Assembly: GCA_033193195.1 (NCBI GenBank) | Contig: GCA_033193195.1_4326.1 | Strand: one strand, 5' to 3' | Origin: a phage | Length of the DNA: 45,624 bases | Position numbers and translations under genes: made by a program | In this document: positions 19,826 to 27,705 of the stretch, piece by piece | Position numbering within the stretch: position 1 is the stretch's first letter | Layout of the letters: every line of letters begins with the position of its first letter | The notes under the pieces: generated by a model | What the model was told of the DNA's origin: nothing | Seen by the model: only the letters and a program-made list of their open reading frames with translations | Databases searched by the model: none

Positions 19826-21440
19826 TGATGCCAGCGAGGCGCATCATCCTCGATTTAGGGTCTTCTGCAATGTTCAGTACCAGGTTGACAGCCATTGTCA
19901 AACAGTCTATCTGGTCATCGTGAACATGTGAATCATCTGCCGTGAATGCCGCAATCTCCGTTAGCAAGCCATTAAGCCAAGTAGCAGACTCCGGAAGGAT
20001 TACGTTACCAGCTTTAATCTGCGGTAATGCACTCATTACGCGAGTCAGCTTATCGTTATCTGGCACGTACGGCTCGATAGGCGTTCGCATAACCCTTCCG
20101 GCTGATTGAATCAGGCCAATACCAGAGGCTTTCTTCTCGATGATGATTTTACGAAGGATGCCATCTATCTGATTGGATGCCCTAGCCATCTTCTCGAAAT
20201 CCAATAACTCAGCCTCGAGCTCAGGAGCTTCAAATTTACCGCGTCGCTGGTCAAGCAGATAAATCTTCCCATCCTTATAACCCCATAGCTGCATGACGCT
20301 AAAGTCGCTGTAACTTTTGGTTGTCATCGCAGTATCAAGGACCATAAACCTGTAATCGTACTTAGCTGGCGGTCGCAGAGTGTCGCTAATGCGTTGAAGC
20401 CAGTCTACGTTAATCAGGTTGCCGCCAAGTGCTACTGGTTCTTGCTGATACTGGCTAAGGAATGTATAGCTATCAGAATCCCACATTGCAATTAGGTCGT
20501 GAACAGATTCCTTGCCAGGGAAATAGCTATAGTACCTAACACCATCACGCTCAATATATTCGCTTGATAGAACGTCATCAATGAATTGCTGCTTAATCCA
20601 GTCAGGAAGCGTGTCGACGTAATCCTCAGTTACGAGCGCCGGTATCTTAATCAAGTCGAAGCTAATACCCATACCGCCATTCATCATGAACCACGTACTA
20701 TCGTTCACATGAAGGCGCTGTTGGATAGAGATAATCGGCGTCGCCTTGCCTTTTACCGAGCTAGCCCTACGAGAACGTATGGTGTTCTTTAGCATCACAT
20801 GGTTGTTGGCACGGAATACAGCCGAAAGCATATCTGCAGGTTTGTCAAAATCATCTAACAGTACCGCACCACTATACGAATCGGTTATATATCCACCCCT
20901 TGCGCCTGTAATTTGGCCGCCAGTGGCTTTAGAGATTGACTCAAACCTGACCTTGCCATAGTCATCCAGGACCTGTAGCTCATCATCCTTACACGTACCA
21001 AACTTACATGGGAACAACTCCTGGAACTCAACAGACTTAATTAAGTCGCGCACACGCTTGGAGTTACGCTTAACCAGTGAGTCAGCATACGATATATTCA
21101 GGTTCCTTACCTTTCTCAACTTAACCATTGAGTAGGCTGGGAAGTGAATTGAGGCTATCTCTGTTTTTCCGCTACCTGGTGCTATGTTAATGATAGTGTC
21201 CTTGCGCTCACCTGCTATAATCTCGTCAATGATTCTGCAAAGGTATTTATGATGCCAGTTTGGGATGTACCGCTCTCCCTGAGTTAGCTGGAACCACACC
21301 CGCAAGAATCCCTCGAAGCTATGAGTGGATATCGCCTTAACCGCCATCTTTTCTGCTGGCGTCATTTCCTCCCAAACTAAATTAGCCATAATTTCACCAA
21401 TCCAACCATCACGCCAATTAAGAATCCAGTTGTGAAGCAT
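19821..21440 (-). CDS. terminase large subunit
   Basis: P-loop IAPGSGKT, C-terminal nuclease-like acidic residues, 539 aa. Confidence 0.85.
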   Translation of the reverse strand: MLHNWILNWRDGWIGEIMANLVWEEMTPAEKMAVKAISTHSFEGFLRVWFQLTQGERYIPNWHHKYLCRIIDEIIAGERKDTIINIAPGSGKTEIASIHFPAYSMVKLRKVRNLNISYADSLVKRNSKRVRDLIKSVEFQELFPCKFGTCKDDELQVLDDYGKVRFESISKATGGQITGARGGYITDSYSGAVLLDDFDKPADMLSAVFRANNHVMLKNTIRSRRASSVKGKATPIISIQQRLHVNDSTWFMMNGGMGISFDLIKIPALVTEDYVDTLPDWIKQQFIDDVLSSEYIERDGVRYYSYFPGKESVHDLIAMWDSDSYTFLSQYQQEPVALGGNLINVDWLQRISDTLRPPAKYDYRFMVLDTAMTTKSYSDFSVMQLWGYKDGKIYLLDQRRGKFEAPELEAELLDFEKMARASNQIDGILRKIIIEKKASGIGLIQSAGRVMRTPIEPYVPDNDKLTRVMSALPQIKAGNVILPESATWLNGLLTEIAAFTADDSHVHDDQIDCLTMAVNLVLNIAEDPKSRMMRLAGIK

Positions 21441-21509
21441 GTAGCTGCCATCATGTAATACACCAATAACGCCTTCATTAATTTGATCACGCCAATCTAC
21501 CCCATGTTA

Positions 21510-22034
21510 TTACAGCTTACTAATCACAGACTCCAGAGCTTCCTTCATCGTTTCGACGTCGTTAGCAGAAGAGTTATTGCTTATAGTGATCTCCTGCGGT
21601 TTGTCGATTCCAAGCTCCTTGGAAATCATGCCGGGGTTAACAATGCCAGACGCTGCCAGCTGATACTTCTGCTCTCGAATCACGGAATCAATGAATGTCA
21701 TCACATCGTCATAACCCGCAGACTTCCTCCATTTCTCAATGGCACTTGAAGTAACGCCGCAGTAAAGGCAGAACCCTGTTAACGTGAATACTCGTGGCTT
21801 ATGCACAAGGCTCTCAGTGACCACGCCCTGGAAGCTGGCCGTCTCAGCCGCTTTGATTGCATTATCCTCTGCCCATGAGAAGTATTTCACAGCCAAGTCG
21901 AATAACTGTTCTGGGGTCATGATTCTGTTTTTGGCTAGAGTTGTAATGTCGGAATATTTCTTGTTGTACATAGCCTTGAAGTTGCCAGAGCGAATCTTTT
22001 CTTGCGCATGGCTGGTGAAGTTTTCGTCTTTCAT
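21510..22034 (-). CDS. terminase small subunit
   Basis: 174 aa immediately upstream of large subunit. Confidence 0.6.
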   Translation of the reverse strand: MKDENFTSHAQEKIRSGNFKAMYNKKYSDITTLAKNRIMTPEQLFDLAVKYFSWAEDNAIKAAETASFQGVVTESLVHKPRVFTLTGFCLYCGVTSSAIEKWRKSAGYDDVMTFIDSVIREQKYQLAASGIVNPGMISKELGIDKPQEITISNNSSANDVETMKEALESVISKL

Positions 22035-22081
22035 TTTGTTACCTCCTTTGTTTAGAGATGCATTATATCATATAGCAAACG

Positions 22082-22105
22082 AAAAAAAGCCCTCAAGAAG
22101 AGGGC
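22082..22105 (-). terminator. rho-independent terminator
   Basis: GCCCTC-TTCTT-GAGGGC then T7 on minus strand. Confidence 0.6.
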
Positions 22106-22158
22106 AAAGTATCGAACAACAACGAGAGATAGAAAACAAACAGAGAGTAGAACTTCTT

Positions 22159-22347
22159 TTACTTTCGCTCACGAACGTAAGCTACTAGGAATTTGTGGTA
22201 ATCCGGGTCGGCACCAGACATTACCTTAACTTTCGCTACTGCTTCCTCTGAGGACTTAGCAGTAACCGACGCGATAAATTCTTGAGTGCAACTTTTGCAA
22301 CTACGACCCATTAATCGGATTGAAAGCTTAACATCCCAGAGCTGCAT
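22159..22347 (-). CDS. hypothetical protein
   Basis: 62 aa ORF. Confidence 0.4.
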   Translation of the reverse strand: MQLWDVKLSIRLMGRSCKSCTQEFIASVTAKSSEEAVAKVKVMSGADPDYHKFLVAYVRERK

Positions 22348-22540
22348 TTTTTATCTTACCGCTCTGATTGCTATAGTTTTGAGTTTCTCTTTCAAGCTCG
22401 AGATAACCTTTAATATCCGCGCTAACTGAAACCCCGCCAATCACACCCTTTAAGCATTTATGTTCACGGTCAAGTGTTGCGTTGAATTTTTGGGAAGTGC
22501 CGCTTTCAATATCTTTTACGATGATTGTTACTTTTTTCAT
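22328..22540 (-). CDS. hypothetical protein
   Basis: 70 aa ORF. Confidence 0.4.
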   Translation of the reverse strand: MKKVTIIVKDIESGTSQKFNATLDREHKCLKGVIGGVSVSADIKGYLELERETQNYSNQSGKIKNAALGC

Positions 22541-22571
22541 TTAATCCCCCAGGATTATTGGTTTCTTAATT

Positions 22572-22647
22572 TGGTGTTCCGCACTGGACTCGAACCAGTA
22601 ACTAAGACTTAGGAGGTCTTTGCGTTATCCTGTTACGCCAGCAGAAC
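22572..22647 (-). tRNA. tRNA-Arg (anticodon CCU, decodes AGG)
   Basis: 76 nt cloverleaf by hand: acceptor GTTCTGC/GCGGAAC (one G-U), D stem GCGT/ACGC with GG loop, anticodon stem AAGAC/GTCTT, loop CTCCTAA, T stem ACTGG/CCAGT, T loop TTCGAGT, encoded CCA. Confidence 0.8.
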
Positions 22648-22835
22648 AAATCCTTGAGTAGCGATTGCGCTATTGAAGGATTGCTGGTTACGCTTCCAGC
22701 GTCGAGTTTCTCGACCGATTTCGCCATATACGCTGCTTAGTGAGCTATGGACTTTGTGTTGCGCTCAGTGCGCCGTTGCCACTTGGTGGCCTCGTCTGTC
22801 TACAGTTGTTAATGTACCAGTCAGGGTTAGATGTG

Positions 22836-23036
22836 TCAACTTACTCTTTCGAATTTCCCATAATTCTGGTCATACGGGTAGTCAATGCTCACCAATTCGC
22901 CATTATCGCTGTAGCAGAATACGTGGCCAGTCTTCGATACCTTTTCGACCTGGTAATCGCATCCATATATGAAGTCATCCGATGCCGCCTTTGTGCACTT
23001 GATAGCATCGCCTTTCTTAATAATTTTATTTATCAA
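22836..23036 (-). CDS. hypothetical protein
   Basis: 66 aa ORF. Confidence 0.4.
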   Translation of the reverse strand: MINKIIKKGDAIKCTKAASDDFIYGCDYQVEKVSKTGHVFCYSDNGELVSIDYPYDQNYGKFERVS

Positions 23037-23257
23037 AACTCCTCAGTGATAAGCATCTTGCCACAATATTTGCACTCGTAAAATGAGCAACTCTCACCGA
23101 TTGATAGACCCTGTTTTGTTGACTCATAATACCCAGCATTTAGCGCTTTAATGTCAAAATCGTTAATGATTGACGTGAACGCGTAAACGTATCGATGTTT
23201 GTGATTATTGTCGTTATCACTCATAAAGGCTATTCCCATTCTCATCATGACCCACAC
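23033..23257 (-). CDS. hypothetical protein (Cys-containing)
   Basis: 74 aa ORF. Confidence 0.4.
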   Translation of the reverse strand: MWVMMRMGIAFMSDNDNNHKHRYVYAFTSIINDFDIKALNAGYYESTKQGLSIGESCSFYECKYCGKMLITEEF

Positions 23258-23453
23258 GCCCTCGACGATAGCCCGCTATCCACACAAACTTATCACGTGC
23301 GATTATCGTGGATACCGGCCCCCATATCTGAGTGATAAGCGCCGCAACAACCTTATCATCTTTCTTTTTTGCGCCCAATTTGCCGTATTCGTCATTCAGC
23401 TTGTCAGCCTGTCGCTTAACTGCGTTAAAGTATGCGTCGTCTAACCCGAACAT
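23217..23453 (-). CDS. hypothetical protein
   Basis: 78 aa ORF with family promoter upstream. Confidence 0.45.
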   Translation of the reverse strand: MFGLDDAYFNAVKRQADKLNDEYGKLGAKKKDDKVVAALITQIWGPVSTIIARDKFVWIAGYRRGRVGHDENGNSLYE

Positions 23454-23482
23454 TTTCTAACCTCTTGCTGTTTGATATATAA

Positions 23483-23528
23483 ATTATATGGCATCCATGC
23501 CTTTGGTGTTTAGCTATTCGTGCTGTTT
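23483..23528 (-). promoter_or_regulatory. family promoter for 23217..23453
   Basis: minus-strand AACAGCACGAATAGCTAAACAC, palindrome GGCATGGATGCC in spacer, TATAAT -10. Confidence 0.55.
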
Positions 23529-23975
23529 ATTTTATCTTCACGCTCCTTCCATAGATTCATCAGCTCGAAGTACATCATGGCAACCTCGCCAGTCTTAGCC
23601 TCATCCATCATCCGTTTAGCCCACTGGCTTTGTGTTTCGTAGTTATCCATTAGTAAACAAGAGCCTCGTGGTTTGCTATGTAAAGCTCCTCATCGTGCTT
23701 GTTTTTAATGAAGTACCCATTGCCATCTTCGCTAGGCTATGCATAGAATACGTCGCCATGCTTTAAGCGCGCCATATAATCATCCTGGCCAATGTATACG
23801 ATCTTAATCATGCAATCACCTCACTTAAATTATAGTTCGTTAGAATCGCTTTTAGCGTCATCTACGGCTGCTGAAATCATGTAAATAATCATGAAGCCCA
23901 AATGACCAGAGTAACTATGGCAATGCTTCAACCAGAACTTCATCCATCATTAACCCAGTATTCATTTCTCTATCC

Positions 23976-24398
23976 TCAGATTTTGTTAATTTGCTCAAAC
24001 TTCTCAAACCAGAAAACAACTGGATCCTCCACTATGGAGATGAGGCCGAACCGCTCTGCCGTGCGAAAATTCATGCTGCTCTTACGCCCGCGAGCGACTT
24101 GAAGAGACACCTGTTCCCTGAACATTTCAAGGGAATAGCAAGCTTTCATGAGGTTGCATGGAGCACATGCAGGGTAAAGGTTTTCCATTCGATCAGCTTG
24201 TGGTCGATTAAACTCACCTGTCGCCTTCAGCTTGAAAGTTCCTTTCTCCGCTGCCTTCATGCATACCTCAGATTTACGTAGCACCGGTTCAACATGGTCA
24301 GCATGCCAGCCTTTCTCAGGTAGTTCACACCCACAATAAGCGCAGCGACCACCGAACTTGCCCTTCAACTCTTCCCTTTGAGATTTGCTTAATTTCAT
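23976..24398 (-). CDS. HNH endonuclease
   Basis: CAYCGC..WHADHVEPV..N..CAPCN zinc/HNH motif pattern. Confidence 0.75.
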   Translation of the reverse strand: MKLSKSQREELKGKFGGRCAYCGCELPEKGWHADHVEPVLRKSEVCMKAAEKGTFKLKATGEFNRPQADRMENLYPACAPCNLMKACYSLEMFREQVSLQVARGRKSSMNFRTAERFGLISIVEDPVVFWFEKFEQINKI

Positions 24399-24408
24399 TT
24401 TATAAACC

Positions 24409-24588
24409 TTAAATTTTATTCAATTGATCAAGAATCTCGAAAGCCAGTTCTCGAGCTTGCTCTTCATTTAAGTGGATAGTATGAACCTCAGGTTCATCAT
24501 GCAAACCGAAAGCCTGGGCGATGATAAATGTTGTGTAACCATCGAAGTTGTTAGCCTGGAGCTTGGCGGCTGATTGTCTAAAACGCAT
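24409..24588 (-). CDS. hypothetical protein
   Basis: ATG 24588 after GAGGA; track start 24594 is TTG. Confidence 0.4.
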   Translation of the reverse strand: MRFRQSAAKLQANNFDGYTTFIIAQAFGLHDEPEVHTIHLNEEQARELAFEILDQLNKI

Positions 24589-24620
24589 CGTCAATTCCTC
24601 ATCTCGTTTTGATGGGATAA

Positions 24621-24664
24621 GTATAACAACCTATCCCAATTCATGTTTAGCAAAAAGTGCTATT
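24621..24664 (-). promoter_or_regulatory. family promoter for 24409..24588
   Basis: minus-strand AATAGCACTTTTTGCTAAACAT, TTATAC -10-like. Confidence 0.5.
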
Positions 24665-24764
24665 TCCATTCAGGAGTGACTTAGCTTTCCGATAAAACTC
24701 CATAGCCGCCTCAACCTCCTCCTCACCGTACCGAAAGTGGTATGGTAGTCTACTAGGATACCTA

Positions 24765-25286
24765 CTATTTAGTCTCCTTAATCATTTCCTGGTATGCGTT
24801 AATCATTGATACTGCACCCTTAAGTTCATCACCTTCAAGACCAGCGACGCTTGGTGATAGTTTCAACAATCGAGCCTTGAACCTTTCAATGGTAGCCGCC
24901 TCCCTCTCTTGCTCTGCTTTGCTTCTTGAGCCGGATTTTACAGCGCCAGGAACCAGGCTAAGTGATGCGCAGTATGTCTCACTCTCGCCCTCAAAGTCGG
25001 TAAAACTAAGTGAGAACCTTGAGCGCACGTCAGCCGCCTTAATCTCAGGCATTCGGCTTACGGTGTTTGAAACGTATGACGCTTTTAGTTTTGGCATGTG
25101 GTATTCACCACCAGGTAGAACCTCCTCACCACTTAGCGATACGAACGTCTCACGACTCATGCCGAAGTATTGACGAGCAATCATGGTCACAGGGACTGTG
25201 CACACTTTGTCTTCTGACTTGAGCGCCTGACTCGCCATGTATCGAATGATTTCACCCAAACTTACTGCTTCTTTATGTTCTGACAT
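24765..25286 (-). CDS. hypothetical protein, first gene of leftward unit from control region A
   Basis: 173 aa ORF; sigma70-like TTGATA-N16-TACCAT upstream. Confidence 0.5.
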   Translation of the reverse strand: MSEHKEAVSLGEIIRYMASQALKSEDKVCTVPVTMIARQYFGMSRETFVSLSGEEVLPGGEYHMPKLKASYVSNTVSRMPEIKAADVRSRFSLSFTDFEGESETYCASLSLVPGAVKSGSRSKAEQEREAATIERFKARLLKLSPSVAGLEGDELKGAVSMINAYQEMIKETK

Positions 25287-25886
25287 ATTCGTTACTCCTG
25301 ATTGGTTGCTCTTCGTTAAGATGAAACCATGGTATCATGAATATACGCGTTATCAAGTGTTATGTTGTGTTTATATCTGCATTGGTTACGCTTTTTGACC
25401 TCTCAGCCCAGCTATAGCTGGTGTAATTACCCTGTGTAAGATTTTACGCGGATTCGCCGGGGGTATGCATATGTATCTATATAGATAAAATTAGTAGTTT
25501 TCATAGAAAAACTATCGACCCATCAATACGACCAATCTACACCATATACATACATATATATAATAATAATAATAATATAGTAAAAGGTTGATATATATAG
25601 ATATTATTATGTAACCATTGCGTAATCTAGCGTGGTAGGCGTGTATGATTCTTCGGAAGCGCACCTCATATACACACCATAACTTCGATAACGTGTATAT
25701 CCAAATTGGCTCAGCAAGAATCAAAATCAACTTGTATGGTAGTTCATCCACCATTCATTCACCCTCACATCAATCATTGCAAATCCCGCAACAATCAAAA
25801 ACATCATTGCATTCGATGCAATATTGTTATATGTGCAATAGTAAGATTAATCATTGCAATATCTGCAACAATAGATAAATCCAACG
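25287..25886. promoter_or_regulatory. control region A: AT-rich noncoding divergent-promoter region, paralogous to 45108..45572
   Basis: shared blocks with region B (CAGCCCAGCTATAGCT; ATAATAATAATAATA..GGTTGATATATATAGATATTATTATGTAAC); palindrome TATCTATATAGATA; TTGCAA-core repeats 25760..25880. Confidence 0.6.
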
Positions 25887-25932
25887 AATAGCACTTTTTG
25901 CTAAAGACATTTAGGTATTGCGGAGTTATAGT
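25887..25932 (+). promoter_or_regulatory. family promoter for rightward early unit
   Basis: AATAGCACTTTTTGCTAAAGAC, TATAGT 25927..25932. Confidence 0.55.
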
Positions 25933-25959
25933 TCGCTCCTCAACAACGAGGAGGGATAT

Positions 25960-26154
25960 GTGAAGGTAAAAATAATAGCGCTAAGTAAGACAGATGGGTT
26001 TGACGATGACGAATACGAATTCTACGGCCTTGAACCTGGAGGTGTTTACGAGGTAGTGGCAATATACGAAGAACTTGAATCAATGGTGATAAAGAACAAG
26101 AATGGTAAACACGTAATGGTATACAACCACGAGGTAGAGTACTGTGAAGATTAA
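25960..26154 (+). CDS. small hypothetical protein (paralog of 26329 gene)
   Basis: GTG 25960 after GAGGAGGG; track ATG 25918 lies upstream of predicted -10. Confidence 0.45.
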   Translation: MKVKIIALSKTDGFDDDEYEFYGLEPGGVYEVVAIYEELESMVIKNKNGKHVMVYNHEVEYCED

Positions 26155-26328
26155 TAGAGAGGAGTTAAAACACGAATGCGACCTGATTGGATTGAACGAA
26201 GATTATACAGACATGGTGTTGCGCGGACGCATCGATATCGACCTTGCTAAGCAACTCCAGTAAGATGATGAGCATATGTGCTGTGATGGCCTTTGATGCG
26301 ACGACTGCATACCATTTTAAGGAATGAG

Positions 26329-26505
26329 ATGATGAAAATTAAGATTGTTAAGTTTGATACTATTTAAACACCAGAATATTACGGCATTGAGATTGGTGGT
26401 GTTTACGATGTATTCATGGAACACGAAAATGGAACTGTTGTAATAATGGATGGTAAAGCCAAGCCATTAGTTATCCACCCTGGAGAGTTTGAGGTAGTAA
26501 AATGA
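26329..26505 (+). pseudogene. small paralogous gene with in-frame TAA at 26365..26367
   Basis: MMKIKIVKFDTI-stop-TPEYYGIEIGGVYDV.. parallels KVKII..EFYGLEPGGVYEV of upstream gene; AAGGAA SD. Confidence 0.45.
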
Positions 26506-26705
26506 AACTATTATGCACTAACATAATTAAAGACTTTAACGATGCCTTCAATAAGGGTTCTGAATACAACGCTACCGAGTTTAAAAATAATATGCGCCTT
26601 GTTACCGGCGAACGTCCACACAAGCATCACAACACGTTCCATGCGCTTAAATGCCTTGATTACGTAATCATCCACGGCATCGCAACTTTCAAGGTGATTG
26701 AATAA
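26502..26705 (+). CDS. hypothetical protein
   Basis: 67 aa, ATGA overlap with upstream gene. Confidence 0.5.
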   Translation: MKLLCTNIIKDFNDAFNKGSEYNATEFKNNMRLVTGERPHKHHNTFHALKCLDYVIIHGIATFKVIE

Positions 26706-26869
26706 TGCTTTTACCATCTGAGATAAACTATTTCGATCTGGAAGTCATAAGTGCTTACAGCGGAAAGGGTTGGCCTTGCGGGGACTGGTTTAACGAGGAC
26801 CTGCTTGAGTCTCACGAGATTATGTTGAAGGCAATTGAGAAGGCCAGAAAAAATAGCACTAATTGCTAA
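26705..26869 (+). CDS. small hypothetical protein ending inside promoter element (..KNSTNC)
   Basis: TAATG overlap start; stop TAA is part of AATAGCACTAATTGCTAA. Confidence 0.4.
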   Translation: MLLPSEINYFDLEVISAYSGKGWPCGDWFNEDLLESHEIMLKAIEKARKNSTNC

Positions 26870-26896
26870 AACTCACCGCCACTGATGGCGTATATT
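26852..26896 (+). promoter_or_regulatory. family promoter
   Basis: AATAGCACTAATTGCTAAAAC, TATATT 26891..26896, leader CATCGAAACGAAAGAGAG. Confidence 0.55.
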
Positions 26897-26928
26897 TACT
26901 CCATCGAAACGAAAGAGAGCAAGAGATC

Positions 26929-27090
26929 ATGTTCGACAACTTTTATGACGAGATGGAAGAGGCGGTTCTCAGGGCGTCGCTAGATGGTAAGATTTACGGT
27001 TTAGTTCAGAAGTTTGATAAGATTGTTGTGCGTATTGTGCGCAAATCAGTACCAAACAAATTCATGTTGACAACTAAGAGATTAAAATAA
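26929..27090 (+). CDS. small hypothetical protein
   Basis: ATG 26929 downstream of predicted start site; track start 26863 lies inside the promoter. Confidence 0.45.
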   Translation: MFDNFYDEMEEAVLRASLDGKIYGLVQKFDKIVVRIVRKSVPNKFMLTTKRLK

Positions 27091-27479
27091 TGACTACTAC
27101 GATAACCAAAAATTTCATTAGCAACGACAACAAGCTATTTAAAGCTCGCGTTAAAAAGATTCACCAGTGGGTTAACGGTGTCGCTGAGGAAGTTGAATTT
27201 GAGCAAATCAAAAAAGACGGCAAATGGATCAACCTGGAAGAACGTGGAAAATACATTAAAACCAAAACTCTTTACTGCACAAAGGTTAACCATAAGTCTG
27301 GCGTTAAGAAAGACTTCAAAGAAGGTAAGCGATACCAGGTCAACATGCATAGCGGACTTGGTCAGTCAGCTGGATACATTTACGATGAAGATGGCAACGC
27401 CTGGCAGCTATATCGCAGCGAATATGTTGGCTTTTATACGTTGTGTGAAACTTACCACTTTGAGGCTCAATACAAATGA
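27090..27479 (+). CDS. hypothetical protein
   Basis: 129 aa ORF. Confidence 0.5.
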   Translation: MTTTITKNFISNDNKLFKARVKKIHQWVNGVAEEVEFEQIKKDGKWINLEERGKYIKTKTLYCTKVNHKSGVKKDFKEGKRYQVNMHSGLGQSAGYIYDEDGNAWQLYRSEYVGFYTLCETYHFEAQYK

Positions 27480-27646
27480 AATTATACATTGTAAGTGGTT
27501 GCACACACTATGATGGAAGCGAAGTGATTGCCGCTTTCGATGAAGAATTCAAAGCACAGGAGTTTAAATATAACAAAGAAATATCTTCAGAAAATCACTT
27601 TGACTACTACAAGATAGATTGCATCTTACTAAATAGCACTAATTGA
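27476..27646 (+). CDS. small hypothetical protein ending inside promoter element (..LNSTN)
   Basis: ATGA overlap start; 56 aa; stop TGA within AATAGCACTAATTGA. Confidence 0.35.
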   Translation: MKLYIVSGCTHYDGSEVIAAFDEEFKAQEFKYNKEISSENHFDYYKIDCILLNSTN

Positions 27647-27676
27647 TAATGCATTATAAGCGGCTATTGATATAAT
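27632..27676 (+). promoter_or_regulatory. family promoter for 27706 gene
   Basis: AATAGCACTAATTGATAATG, TATAAT 27671..27676. Confidence 0.55.
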
Positions 27677-27705
27677 GGCCGCTCAGAACAACACGGAGAG
27701 AAGTA

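Noticed and set aside
25545-25580. Possible CRISPR array or microsatellite at the (ATA)n tracts in regions A and B
   Set aside because: Only simple trinucleotide runs with no repeat-spacer periodicity; no cas genes in the window.
25512-25891. Track ORFs 25512..25754, 25645..25878, 25706..25891 and the similar 45379..45579
   Set aside because: Low-complexity translations (YIIISIYIN, poly-Y, poly-L) of the AT-rich repeated control regions, overlapping promoter elements; no SD or operon context.
25918-26154. ATG at 25918 as start of the first early gene
   Set aside because: It lies upstream of the predicted -10 box (25927..25932); the in-frame GTG at 25960 follows a GAGGAGGG SD and fits the transcript.
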